A DNA stretch of 63,864 nt, filler included, from Octopus bimaculoides (GCF_001194135.2; 5 parts of 5 records of this genome joined end to end with filler, not necessarily neighbours in it), one strand, 5' to 3'. Positions 12,307 through 26,043 are shown, counted from the whole stretch's first letter. Translations and numbers: made by a program. Notes: generated by a model not told the origin, from the letters alone.

Positions 12307-12848
12307 AGTCTGTCTGCCTGTATTTCTACTATATATNNNNNNNNNNNNNNNNNNNNNNNNNNNNNNNNNNNNNNNNNNNNNNNNNNNNNNNNNNNNNNNN
12401 NNNNNNNNNNNNNNNNNNNNNNNNNNNNNNNNNNNNNNNNNNNNNNNNNNNNNNNNNNNNNNNNNNNNNNNNNNNNNNNNNNNNNNNNNNNNNNNNNNNN
12501 NNNNNNNNNNNNNNNNNNNNNNNNNNNNNNNNNNNNNNNNNNNNNNNNNNNNNNNNNNNNNNNNNNNNNNNNNNNNNNNNNNNNNNNNNNNNNNNNNNNN
12601 NNNNNNNNNNNNNNNNNNNNNNNNNNNNNNNNNNNNNNNNNNNNNNNNNNNNNNNNNNNNNNNNNNNNNNNNNNNNNNNNNNNNNNNNNNNNNNNNNNNN
12701 NNNNNNNNNNNNNNNNNNNNNNNNNNNNNNNNNNNNNNNNNNNNNNNNNNNNNNNNNNNNNNNNNNNNNNNNNNNNNNNNNNNNNNNNNNNNNNNNNNNN
12801 NNNNNNNNNNNNNNNNNNNNNNNNNNNNNNNNNNNNNNNNNNNNNNNN

Positions 12849-12883
<35 letters not shown>

Positions 12884-13544
12884 AATAAGCATTTATAGAT
12901 GTAGCGTATATGTGTGTGAGAATGCGAGAAAGAGAAAGTTAGAGAGAGAAAGAGAGAGATTTTGTCGTGAAGTCTAGCTCATGAGTATAAAGTCGTGGGA
13001 TCGATTCGAGGGGGGTGCGTTGTGTCCTTGAGGAGAACACGTTGTTTCATGTTGCTTTAGTTTCCTCTGCTGAAATTGAATATAAACACCTGATTCAACT
13101 GTGTCTTTCAATCCAGCTGTTATATCCCGAACGCGTACTTGAGTCCATGAGTGTATGATTCAGAAAAGTCCCTATATCTTTACCTGAAGTACATAATGGC
13201 TAAAATCAATAGGAGAAGGGATTGTAACCGCTGGTGGATAACAGCCGGCTTTCAAATCGATTATGCCCGCAAAAGTCCTGTATTTAATGCCTCTAAGTAT
13301 TTAAGATATCCATATATTCATAACGTTTTCTTTTCTCTTCATGCGCACGTGTGTATTTAGATGTATTTACATGTAATTTCTGTGCTTGTACATATCCACC
13401 ATTGTTACCAAATTTTACAGAGCGTATTTCCCAAAGTAGATACTGCAATCCGTACGCACATAAATAATATGTATATGTGTTTTTGTGTTGGAGTGTGAGT
13501 ATATCTAGTATTCATGTGTATTAATACTGGTTTCAAATTTTCGT

Positions 13545-13692
13545 CCGTCATTACGTTTTGAGTTTAAATTCCGCGGAGTACGACTCGGGGAAAGCCGTAC
13601 TCAGCGGACATTGAACTCAAATCGTAAAGACGGACGAAATACTGCTAAGCATTTTGCCCGCCGTGCTAACGGCTCTGCTAGCTCACCACCTC
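13545..13692 (-). mobile_element. Degenerate SINE family B head
   Basis: Similar to 10260-10367 (ctgctaagcattttgcccgccgtgctaacggctctgctagctcaccacc). Confidence 0.75.
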
Positions 13693-13707
13693 ATTCTTAT
13701 TTAAGCG

Positions 13708-13766
<59 letters not shown>

Positions 13767-13994
13767 TGCTTGCTTTGATAGGAATATTTCTTGCTTAAAA
13801 AAATACAACGAAAAACATGTTAGGCGTATGTATATATCAGATTCTATCGAATCCATTTCAACCAAAAGACAACTTACTCTAATCCGGAGTTATACTAAAT
13901 ATATATTCTATCTTAGTTGTAGTAGAAATGATTGCTAAAATGCATTTGATATTCTTGTGATATCATATTTATTGCATTTCAATTGATTTAATAG

Positions 13995-14126
13995 CTTGTG
14001 AGTTACCTGTTATATTATTAAATAATGATTATGATACTGGTGTCTGTTTGATATTTCCACCTAAAAGACGTTGGAAACCATTCATGATGTTTACATCTAT
14101 ACCACATTTAGCATATCTAGATGCAG
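13995..14126 (+). CDS. Candidate isolated internal coding exon (phase 1-1), product unknown
   Basis: aatag|CTTGTG...GATGCAG|gtgaat; 132 nt, open frame xCELPVILLNNDYDTGVCLIFPPKRRWKPFMMFTSIPHLAYLDAx in AT-rich DNA. No homolog recognised. Confidence 0.35.
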
Positions 14127-16833
14127 GTGAATGAGAAATGTGCCATAAAACTATAATACGCACTTTGCATTCAATCTTAGTACCCGAATCTTCAGCTGAA
14201 TGTTGTTTTTAGATGTTTTTTCCTGAGGTTGTTACGTAGACTTGGGTCAAGCTAGTTCGAGCAACACTATGATTAGAAGTATTCCATACTCGGCCATCCA
14301 CTCTTTTAAAAAGTGTCTAGGATTGTATCAGAATCGTTAGTACGTAGGATAAAATACCATTGCAAGTTTTAGTCACAGCCCTTTGTATTTGAGCTTCAAA
14401 TTCCACAATGGCCAATTTTGCCTTCTTTTCTTATATAATCGAAAAAATAGCGTGACAGTAAAATCCTATTAAGCAACCAACAGTACTTGATGTCTTATCA
14501 AACCTATTATCACCAAGTTTGTGGTTTCATCAAACCTATTCTCACTAACGTTTTGGTATATTCGGTGTTTTATGCCGTTAACGTCAACTCTATGATTCAG
14601 TTGATTGCTGACATTTGAGCAAGATTTGGGTATTATATCTAGCAAATTGTGTGCCAACATAGAGGCTCCCTCTTTCGTATAAGCTATTGTTTTATGCATA
14701 AGCAAATATGTTTTCAATAGTTTTATATTTCGTAGGTTTATATTTTAGAATATTTAATGTAAAGAGACTGGCAATGAGATGATTTTCCTAAACAGAATAA
14801 TCAGGAGAAAATACAAAAATATAAGGCGAACTTGGCTATAAACAAATCAATCAAGAACAATAAATAAAGGAAGATCTGCGGAGTTGATGACGCACCAGAA
14901 ATAGTAGCCAAGTCTCCATCATATCACATCACACCGACTTAGGTGTAGAAGGATGCATTTCATTTTATAAATTAATCTTAGATAAAATATCTCTGAAAAC
15001 GAAAAATGCAACAGGCAAGATATGAATGCATTTAATTACTGGAATACACAATAAAGGGCTGACTTAGAACTGGTTTGCAGTTGCAGCTGTAACAATAACA
15101 ACAGTAGTGAGTATATTAAATATCGAAGAAAACATTGAATAACGTAGCCGAACGAGAACTATGTTTATCAAAGAGCAGTTTGGTCGAAGCTGGAGCTTTA
15201 TTGAGGGTAAGTGTGCTCCATCAGGCGTGGCCTAATAATTATGAAAAGAACGAATTATTAGCATACAGAAACAACCTGTAGATTGGACAAATTGCAGTAC
15301 ATCACGACGTTATTTGAAATCTTGAGTTTGTTGCTATAGTTGTTGTTGCTGTTTTTACACAAGACAGGTCTTGTTGAGTTGACCGATGTTCAAAGAGTTG
15401 ACTAATGTTCAATATTCTAGGCATTACCTTCGCTTTCTTGTGTCTTTTACTACGAACACTAACATTGTCCCATACTCTTCATCCTATAAGATTTTATCAC
15501 ACGATTTCAAGGTTATTTGGAGGCTACTTCTATTAGATTAAATGACAACGTCAAGACTTCCGAGCTGTTATGTGTGATAGTCAATTTTTTCATTTACAGG
15601 CGACTAAGTCAAAGTAACATGCTATCCATGGTAACTAGATTAATTATTGGAATACAGTGAACAAATATGGATATTATTAATTAGAATCTACTTAACGATG
15701 ATATTTACATCTTCATATGCCGTAACCCATATTAAAGTGTATTATGTATTGCATGTATATATGTTCACACACTTACACTTACACACACACACACACGCGC
15801 GCACGCATATATATATATATATATATATATANNNNNNNNNNNNNNNNNNNNNNNNNNNNNNNNNNNNNNNNNNNNNNNNNNNNNNNNNNNNNNNNNNNNN
15901 NNNNNNNNNNNNNNNNNNNNNNNNNNNNNNNNNNNNNNNNNNNNNNNNNNNNNNNNNNNNNNNNNNNNNNNNNNNNNNNNNNNNNNNNNNNNNNNNNNNN
16001 NNNNNNNNNNNNNNNNNNNNNNNNNNNNNNNNNNNNNNNNNNNNNNNNNNNNNNNNNNNNNNNNNNNNNNNNNNNNNNNNNNNNNNNNNNNNNNNNNNNN
16101 NNNNNNNNNNNNNNNNNNNNNNNNNNNNNNNNNNNNNNNNNNNNNNNNNNNNNNNNNNNNNNNNNNNNNNNNNNNNATATATATATATATATATATAAAT
16201 AGATAGGTAGAAAGATAGATAAATATTAATAGATATATTATATATTCATATTTACATTAGTACGTATGTATGCACATATCTGCCTCTCTGTTTGTCTACT
16301 TTCCTTTTAATCTGCACAACTTTACAAAAAATGACTCAAGAGCCGAGAGATTTGTGCGTAGCACTTATCAAACTGAATTCAAATCTGAGAGATTGTTTAC
16401 TCTACATACATTGAACTACAAAACTTTCTCAAATGTACGATCAAAATTCAAAACTGAAGGGGCACACGAAATGGCGTATGTCAGATAGTCTATTCGATGT
16501 TTAAATGTTTATCATGATCGATATCACACCGACGTGCTTTTGAAGTCCCTATATCTTTACCTGAAGTACATAATGGCTCCACCGAGAAGCAAAACACAAT
16601 CTCTATCGTCACCATTACAACCACTAGCACAATAACCATTATTATCACCATGGCCAGGATCTCTCCTTACGAACACTGCCCCTGAAACTTCTAATCGGTT
16701 GTTCGGTGTGTTAGGAGATATAATTCCTTAATCTTAACTAGAAGGCTCATTTGATTATTAAAAACGGCTATGATATGATAACTGATCATAAGCACACTTA
16801 ATCTAGCGCTAATCAATAAAAATAATAACAACA

Positions 16834-17207
16834 TTCTTTTACTTGTTTCAGTCATTTGACTGCGGACATGCTGGAGCACCGCCTTTAGTCGAACAAATCG
16901 ATCCCAGGGCTTATTCTTTGTATGCCTATTAGTGTCTATTGCTGAACCAACATCGGTTGTGAAGCGATGTTGCGGGGACAAACACACACACACAAACACA
17001 TACGCACAAACATACATACTTACATATATATATATATATATATATATGACGGTCTTCTTTCACTTTCCGTCAACCAAATCCACTCACAACGCTTTGGTCG
17101 GCACGAGGCCATAGTAGAAGACACTTGCCCAAGGTTTCACACAGTGGAATGGAACCCGGGACCATTTGGATGGTAAGCAAGCTACTTACCACACAGCCAC
17201 TCCTGCG
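16834..17207 (-). mobile_element. SINE family A, full length with internal microsatellite
   Basis: Reverse complement of the head seen at 61675 and the body seen at 38655. Confidence 0.9.
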
Positions 17208-18019
17208 CGTAACATTGATCAACCGTACGATTTCAACCAGCACCGCTTATGCATTTTGCACAAAACCAGCGCCAAAACCATCACAGTCACAGTAAAAGAC
17301 AAATAAATAAATTTACATGTGTGTGTGAGTGTGTGCGCGTGTGTGTGTGTTTGTGTGTGTGTATGTATGTAAGCTATAGACGAAGAAAAAATAAAGGATT
17401 TCCAGACTTTTCTAATTACATCAATTACTTCTTGAACATATGTATCATACACATATCTGATTCATATCAACAATCTTCCTGCTTCACTCTTTCTATCTGT
17501 GAATTGGTGAATCTTTTGTTCGTTATATTATAACTTTTCAAAATTCTTCCTTCTCCCTCTTCTCTCTCTTCATTCTTTTCTTTCTGCACAGACACAAACA
17601 CACATACAAACACATAAATAGGCAGAGAGAAAGAGAGAGAGAGAGAGAGAAGGAGAGAGAGAGAGAGAAGGAGAGAGAGAGAGAGAGAAGGAGAGAGAGA
17701 GAAGGAGAGAGAGAGAAGGAGAGAGAGAGGAGAGAGAGAAAGAAATAGATAAATACATACATACATGCATACATACATGCACTCAATAGAATTTAACTAC
17801 GAAAACATATGTACTAATACATTAAACTTTGCATATAATTCCATTATATGCAACAAAAACAGCATTAGATTTGAATACACATCTGTGTATCATATTCGAT
17901 ATAACCACATCGCGAAAAAGTATATTTACTGCGTACTCAACTGAAGATATCTCTTTGGAATATGCTGCGCTTGAAAATGCAACATGTATATCGGAAACAG
18001 AGGAAATCAGAAAAACAAC

Positions 18020-18265
18020 GACCTGTGTGATCTGTCTAAGTGTCGCGTCAGTTCTATGTGTCGATAGTACTTGAATCTCTATGCTATTAATCGAGCCTTC
18101 ATGTTCTGCCTGAGCATGTTGGTAGAGCACTGACGAGATTTTCTCTTCTTTGAACTCTAGCCAATATTCACTTGTACGCTCTCCTATGCTGCGTGCATAC
18201 TTATGTTTCTGCATCGCCCTCAGTACATTGTAAATTATACACCGCATTCCTAAACTTACAGTTAA
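18020..18265 (-). mobile_element. Penelope-like GIY-YIG endonuclease remnant
   Basis: Translation ..ARSIGERTSEY....EEKISSVLYQHAQAEHEG....IQVLSTHRTDATLRQIT resembles the PLE GIY-YIG 'GET.RS..ER..EH......S.L..H....H......V......DA.LRQI.E' pattern. Confidence 0.7.
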
Positions 18266-18586
18266 CCTGTAGTTTCATCCTACATACAACACAATTGTAC
18301 TCCATAAGAGAGAACTCATCAAAGGGAATATGTATTGCAGATCAGGGATTTTAAAGGGGCACCAGCCATATCTACTACTTTAATTTGCAGATTAGCCTCA
18401 CTTACTGTTTTTTCTAAAAAGGTGTACTATTAAGCCGCACAGGGGTAGCATCAACGAACATGATAGCCTGGTATTTTTTGTCGTCATACCAAGTGTCCCA
18501 GGATTTACTCATGTACAGCGTGTAGATCTCCCCTCAGCATCACTTTCTATGATGGCTTTGTATTTAGTTCTGGCTCCTATATCTGT

Positions 18587-18649
<63 letters not shown>

Positions 18650-18689
18650 TGTGTGTGTGTGTGTGTATAGGTGTGTGTGCGCGCGCGCG

Positions 18690-19815
18690 CGTGTTACAAT
18701 GAAAAATGCGGACCTATGCTTGTTAATATTCTTAAGTTATTACACCTGGAAAAGTACAGAACAAGATTTCATCAGTAGAATTTGCTTAATTCATCACATT
18801 TAAAGGAAACTAAAAAGTACTTAAAATTAAAATTTTACTGTACCTAAAATATTGCAACCGAGAATAACATTTTAAAAATTTACTATATTTTATTAAAACA
18901 AAAATTATAAAATCATTAATGGGTTTTTCCAAAAATAACCGCATCCGATTTTAAGCCTATGTGCTCTTATATTCAGAAACTTTCATCTATAGTCCCAGTA
19001 AATTTTATTATTTTCAGAAAAAAAAAAATATTTAAAAAAGAGTAAGTCTCTATTTAAGCCCATGGGCTTACATTTGGAAAAAGCAGTATTTTAAACGTGA
19101 AATAGAATAAAATTTATTTTAAAAAATACAGTCGAATTCGTCTAATCAGGCATCCCTAGCAGAAAATTAAAAGTGACGAATTAGGTAAGGTGACGAATTA
19201 GTAAAGTAACGAATTAAGCATAGATGAATTAGGTTAATTCTACTGTATTAATGTTAACGAATAAATTTTTACTTACGCTTTATTTGTAAGATTATTATTT
19301 TTTAATGTGGAAGAATTGACCGAGCATATGGTTGATTTGAAACCATTTAAAGACCATTCTACTGCAATCAATATTTTTTTTTTGTAATGAGATTTCAATT
19401 CAAGTGAAAAAAACCCTTGTGCAATGTTATTTACAACTTCAAATGTTATTGTTTCTACTTGTTACAACTAAATAAATTGACTATTTGAAATATATATTTC
19501 AAAAGACATGATTAGAAAAAAAAAATTGTTTAAATTTATTTTTGATTATTTTTGTACTATGTTTTGAAAGATTTATTTGTTTTTTAGATTATCAAAATAA
19601 ATAAAAGGAATTATCTCAAATTTACCTAATATATATTTCAATTTTTAAAATGTTATTCCCGGCTGCAATATTCTAAATACAGTAGAATTTTAATTTTAAA
19701 TACATTTTAGTTTCCTTTAGGCAAATTCTACTGTAGAAATCTTGTTCGGTACTTTTCCAGCTGTTATAACTTAAGAATAATAACATGCATGCGCTCGCAT
19801 TTTCATGGTAATCCA
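18690..19815. mobile_element. Foldback/MITE-like element with ~200-bp imperfect inverted arms
   Basis: 18690-18890 is the reverse complement of ~19630-19815, with one ~14-bp indel near 18787-18800. For example ctggaaaagtacagaacaagatttc pairs with gaaatcttgttcggtacttttccag. Confidence 0.8.
19129..19245. mobile_element. Small Tc1/mariner-superfamily (pogo/Tigger-like) MITE nested in the foldback
   Basis: TA|CAGTCGAATT ... AATTCTACTG|TA: 9/10 TIR match and TA flanks, with internal GACGAATTA repeats. Confidence 0.6.
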
Positions 19816-21389
19816 CTTTTTTTCCAGGCAATGCAATTAAACTAATTAATATTCTTTTGTAAAAAAGATATTTAAATTAATTGAAACCTGACTTTATATT
19901 TATTTCCTTTAAAACTAATAATTTTTTAGGACAATGAGAAATGTAATTATAATTGCAAAAATATTAGATCCTATACCTTCACTGTATATAACATTTTTAT
20001 ATTAAAACAAAGTGCATAATACGATCACGCGAAAAAGGAGGTGCCAAAATTCATTATGAAAAATACTTTTCTATATAATAGTGAATATTAATGTAGTACT
20101 AATTTCATTATAAAATCAAGAAATAAATAAACTATTTCTATATATCGTCAGAAGAGCTAACAAGACGAGGTATGAGAATATATCAACCACATCGTAAGAA
20201 GAGAATTTGATCGTATGAATAGTAAAGCCATGGCTAATATAAAATTTCGAAAAATGCAAAAATAGCCGATGCATCCCTCGTAAGGCACGAGCAGCCACCT
20301 GCTCATGTTAGGGAAAATTTAGTTTACGAGTAGAGAAATTCATGCAAAGTAAAAATAAAGCCCGTAATTCAGCAACTGTTTTCAACTTGCCTGAAAATAA
20401 AAAAGTCTAAATCTTGCTACTCTGAAAATCCAGTCATACTATCTGAAAGCAGAAACCTTGTGAAGTTATTCTAAGAAATAATAATTTAAATTCTACTACT
20501 CTTAATATTGAAATAAAGTTTAGAAGCAAGCATAAAAATTATTAAAACTTTAGAAGTTCTTACAACTTTGGTCGTTGTAATATCGTTCCTTTCGTTTGTT
20601 TAATAAAAAATCCTCCTCGTATAATGATTTTGCTTTCATTTTGTGATAGGCAACTGTCATGCAGAAGATGCTATCTTCTAAATCCTGTTTTCTGATTAGG
20701 TGAAAATTATTAAACTTTAAACCTCAGAAATATTTTTCTGCAATATGTATGTATGTATTATGTATATCTATATGTATATATATGTATGTGTGTGTGTCTG
20801 TGTGTGAGTGTTTATTTACGATGGACAGGAGAAAAGAATCCACTTAATATCAATTGCTGTGAACTTGCCCCTTCTCTCCTTAAAGCTACGTATTCCTCAC
20901 ACTCACCTTGCTTCCCTTCATGTGTGTTTTAAAAGTTAAATATATGCATGTGTGATATATCCCGTATTATGACGACGTAACTCGTCGTCTGCGTGACTGG
21001 CCGGTACGGCGTACCTCACCGACTGACACTGCTTGCTGTGTCTGTCCACTATTTATCCGTAGTGGGATAGCCCACTTTTCTATTGAACCAAATTTGAAAT
21101 TTTGTAGCTTAAAATATAGCTTAGGAGGTGAGCAATTTAAAAATGTATAAACATCGTGAAATTTGGTAAAAAAAAACTGAATTAGTGACAAAGGCTAGAA
21201 GTGGTCACGAGTGAATAACTGTTGACCCAAAGAATAGTATTCACATACTGCTGTGTGTGAAAGATATTTATTACAATATATATTTACTACAATATAGTGT
21301 ATTCTATGAGTATGAGGTAGATTTTTGCAAGATAACTAAATACTGAATTGAATAAAATATTTTGCAATATTGGTTTCCAATTTGACAGA

Positions 21390-21575
21390 AGGCTATCAAA
21401 TCCGGATTGGAGGGAAGTTGATTATATCGACCTCAGTGCTCAGCTGATACCTATTTTATAGAATACCGAAAAGATAAAAGGCAAAGACGACCTTGGCAGA
21501 ATTTGAACTCATAATGTAGAGACAGTCAAAATGCCACGACGCTTTCACCCTGCGTGTTAACGGCTGTGCCAGCTC
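21390..21575 (-). mobile_element. Degenerate SINE family B
   Basis: Similar to 60800-60990 (gaaaagataaaaggcaaagacgaccttggcagaatttgaactc...gtgccagctcgtcg). Confidence 0.75.
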
Positions 21576-22358
21576 GTCGTTATTACTTAAAAATTGTTTT
21601 ACGTACTTTGGTACATTTAGCTTATATAATAACTTTGTTCCATTTTGAATATATTTTGAAAAGATTAGCATCACGACACTCGTCTTAATGAGTTCTATCA
21701 TATGACTAACAAAAAACAAATTTTCACACAAACAAAATGTTTAGGTTTTTGGCTCCTGTAGTTTTTATTTAAAATTTCTTTTTATATAATTGGCATCATA
21801 AGATTCCAATGGTCGACATCTATCAGAAAATTTAAATTTAAAACTAGTTTTCTTTTGAAAGAAGAATAATATTTGGAGTCAAATTCGATTTCAGGCGTTA
21901 ATTTTTTATTATCGCTGATTTTTACCGCAATACTATTTTTTCTACTGAATTTTTTTGTATATAACTAACATGGATAGAATCCTGTCGTCGAGATCTCTCA
22001 TATAAGCTAAAATAAAATAAGGATTTATTAAAAAAGAAAGTCGTTTTCTGGCGTTATTGACCCATTTGTGATTCAACCATTTTCACTACTGAACTAATTT
22101 TCAAATGTTTAGCTCGAAATGTAGCTTATGATGTGACCAATATAAAACTGTAAACATATAATTTAGTTAAAAACCGAGTTAGTGACAAAGTCTAGAAGTG
22201 GACGTGAGTTAGTAAATATTGACCTTAAGAATATTATGCACACACTACGGTGTGTGAATGATATATATGTAAGAATGTATAATATGTGTGCTTCACTACG
22301 GTAAACCTGAGCGTTAATCATGCGACAAACTTGATTTTTCCCTGAGTTAATCAGTAGC

Positions 22359-22434
<76 letters not shown>

Positions 22435-23189
22435 CACAAACATATGCATCTATATACGCACACGCCATACACGCTCAGACGGTCTCTCTTCCTTTCTCCC
22501 GCACGCACATACATAAAAACATGTTTTTGCGTGTTACCAAAGATAAAAAAGCACTCGTTGCTTTAGATCAATTGTATTATCAAATAAATAGATTTGTTAA
22601 TTAATACAAAGAAGTGTTGATAGAGTAATTTGTTATTTCCTTGTAAACTTTTTATGTTACAGAAAACGATGTACTCGGAATACATCTCCAACGGTCCTTT
22701 CAGTAATTCCTTGATTTCTCTTTATATCTTGGAGGTTGATTAGATGTGATTCGAAAATAGGATGGAGTGAGTATTATTATGGTGGAGCGATAAAAATTGC
22801 ATATAATAAGCGATAATTTCTGGAGCTGTGACGAATAAGATATGTCAAAGTACTTAATCAATTAATCAATTTATTAATTGATTTAAGTTTGGAAATAATT
22901 GATAATAAAATTGTTTGAGGCACAACCAGTCAGCATGCTGCTCTATTAGTAATTTGACCTTCACGGATACAACTCTGTTATTCAACACATTTCACAACAA
23001 AATTCTTGCCAACAAAATATAAATGCGTCGCAGACACAAACACCGGCCCATACTCATACACTCACACATATGTAAATTTTTTGAGTTCTTCTACGTACAT
23101 AAAAAAGTAAGGACAGAGACATTATAAAGAACTAAATACAAGTGTATTGTTTAATAGGTAACTAAAATTTCAAAAGTTTTTTAAGAATG

Positions 23190-24270
23190 TGGTTCTGTCA
23201 AACAATCATTCTACGATATATGGACTCATACAAAGTTTTAATTGTTTCCAAAGGAAATTTTGTCCATTCTTCACCTAAAACGGTCTCTAGTTCTTGTAGT
23301 GATGATGGTGGAGGATATCGACTCTTTGCTTGTTTTCCTACTACTAGAATGTTCTTCGTGCCATTCAGTAACAACTTTAGCAGTGTGAATTGGTCCATTA
23401 ACATCCTGAAAGATTGCGTTTCTCTCCGGAAACAGTTTCGCAACTATAGGATGAATTTGATCAGATAAAATGCTTAAATAATCTTGACAAATTATTCTGT
23501 CATGATGGGAAACCGTTAGTCCGGCGGATTTCCAAGATATCTCCCCCCCCCCCGATCATCACAGATCCTCCTCCGTGTTTAACAGTTGGAAGAAGGCAGT
23601 CTGGTTCAAATGCTTCTTTTGGCTGACTCCACACGTATACTCGGTCGGTGGTCGGAAATACGGTAAAGGATGACTGGTCCGAGTAAATAACATTCTTCCT
23701 CTGCTCTAGGGACCGATTCCGTAGGTTTTTGCTCCACTCTAAAAGCTTTGCAATGTTTGTTTTTGAAAGTACTGGTTTTTGAGTGCAACCCACACCTGAT
23801 ATTCAGATTTGTGCAGCTTCTGGTGAACAGTTGTTACGGAAACTGTGTTCTTGTGGTGGTTATTAAGCTCTGTAGTAATTTTGGGAGCAGTACTTTTGTG
23901 ATCCTTTCTAAGAATTCACGTAAGAGTCCAACGGTCCCTATCTGAAAGTTTTGGTTTTCTTCCTGGAGTTTTGTTTCGACGAGGAGGTCTTACTCCTCTT
24001 TCTCAAATGCTGTCATTACTTTCGAGACAGTACTTCTTGATACACTAAACATTTCGGCTGTTTTCGTTACGCTAGCGCCTGTCATACGAATTTTAATCAG
24101 CTTTTTCTGATGATATCTGAAAAGAAACAGCAATTTTAGCGAATCATATTACGCAACACTAATAATAAGTCAAAAATCAAAAAATTAAAGAAGCTTTTGA
24201 CGGTCTTATATACATTTCAAACTTATGATGCTATGATGTTAGGTGTTTCCATTATTTTGTCCAACCCCTG
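23190..24270 (-). mobile_element. Tc1-family transposon, degenerate transposase, one TIR retained
   Basis: Motifs VIYSDQS, TVKHGGGSVMI and HTH GASVTKTAEMFSVSRSTVSKV. The minus-strand start TA|CAGGGGTTGGACAAAATAATGGAAACACC ends at 24270. No other TIR was found. Confidence 0.9.
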
Positions 24271-25399
24271 TACATATGAAATTAAATATGTATGTGTAAT
24301 GTATAATTCTTCCTCTCTCGCTCCGTCTCTCTCTCCCCACTCTCTCTTTCTACGCACACACACATACACATACTCACATATACACACACACATATATATA
24401 TATAAATATACATACGTATATAAATACCCCCCCCCCCANNNNNNNNNNTATATATATATATATACATATATGTATACATAGATGTATATGTTTACGTATG
24501 TATGTATGTTTGTATGTATGGATGTATATAGGTACTAATCTCATTTTGAATTTCCTCATTATAATGAATATCATTTATCCACTTATTCTCGATATAATTG
24601 ATGTATGTTTGAAAAGTTATCTATATGCTAATTGAATTTGCCGTCCGCTTATATATCAATATAGATTTTAATATACAGCTTGATATTCAATCATTATTAC
24701 AAATCGCCACAATGCATGCTTGACATTCGTAATAACTCTTTAAAGTGCAATAACTGTAATACGAATGCTATGTTGATAAATATAGCTATGATGATGATAC
24801 AAACGAATCACAACACATTCAAGATCTCTGAGGAAATCTTAAAATTACAGAAAGAAATAGATGCAATAGATGTGTGAGCTGAAGAAAAATATGATGTTGA
24901 ATACCGATACGTTTCAAGTACTCTGCCATCGATCTAGGAACACACTGCAGTTAGATTAAATGGGACTGGGGTTTATTGCAATCCCGAAGTCAGAATCAGT
25001 GAGTGACCTCGTAATCCATATGAGTGGCTATGCATCAATCACTGTTCATATGACTAAGATAGCAACAATTAAGACGTGACTGACTGGTTGGTCTCTGAGA
25101 TTATTTAGAACAAGGAAAAACGAAACCATGTTGGTCTCGTGGATATTACTTTTGCTCAGTTACCTGGATTATTGGTGTCACCTCTGGCCATCAGAAAACG
25201 ATAAATTAACTTTAGAATTTTAGTGAATCTAACACCAGTACACGAAGAACATTGACACAGTGTAACAGGAGGTCCACTTGGAGTGGCTGAAAAAGCAGAT
25301 GTTCTACGCTCTGGAGAGAAAACAATATATATATATATATATGACGTGAATTAGTGTTCAACACTGCATTGGTGGATAGAGCTTCTGCATTCGTGTATT

Positions 25400-25860
25400 A
25401 AGGCTACCATTGGATTCATGTTTATCTTAATTTTTCAAGCCTATCACACGGAGGAATGGTGTTCGTCTCCATTTTGGATACAGCCTACTTTAGGGTTGAA
25501 AGCTATACCAATCACTGCATTGACGTCACTGCGTAGTACCCAAGACCTTTGTAATTCGCCGAAAGGGAGACATCTTGGTTACCCAATACAGTAAGCGTTT
25601 AAGATTCAATGCCTTGCCAAAAAGCCCCACACACCTACGAGATGTATATATGGATACGTTCAAAGAACCATTAGACAAGTTTTTATTTGATGGAACAGGT
25701 GAACACACATAACAGCAAGGGAGCATAGAAGAGCCGCTCTGTCCTATTTACTACTTCATTAGGACCGATTCCGGAACGAGGGCTAGGAAGTGACTCTCAA
25801 ATAATCATGCATTACCACTAACAGTGGTGTCTAAACATGGTCACAGCCTCTGGTTGAAAC
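25400..25860 (+). mobile_element. CR1/L2-type LINE 3' end
   Basis: RHCVVPK..RFNALPK..HLRDVYMDTFKEPLDKFL resembles the CR1 'LFN.LP..LR......FK..LD.FL' C-terminus. Confidence 0.65.
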
Positions 25861-25922
25861 GGCTATTAGAATAATTCAAGAATAATATCAATAGTGATAA
25901 TGGTATTAATAATAATGCTTTT

Positions 25923-25969
<47 letters not shown>

Positions 25970-25998
25970 ATATATATATGCATGTATGTTTTTATGCA

Positions 25999-26043
<45 letters not shown>

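Noticed and set aside
18800-19720. Kolobok-type element with TTAA TSD (18804-19716)
   Set aside because: The inverted similarity continues ~100 bp beyond these apparent ends, so the TTAA/TTAG flanks are internal.
24879-24915. CTGAAGA...GATACGT possible decayed hammerhead
   Set aside because: GAAA is mutated and stem II is unpaired; at best a relic.
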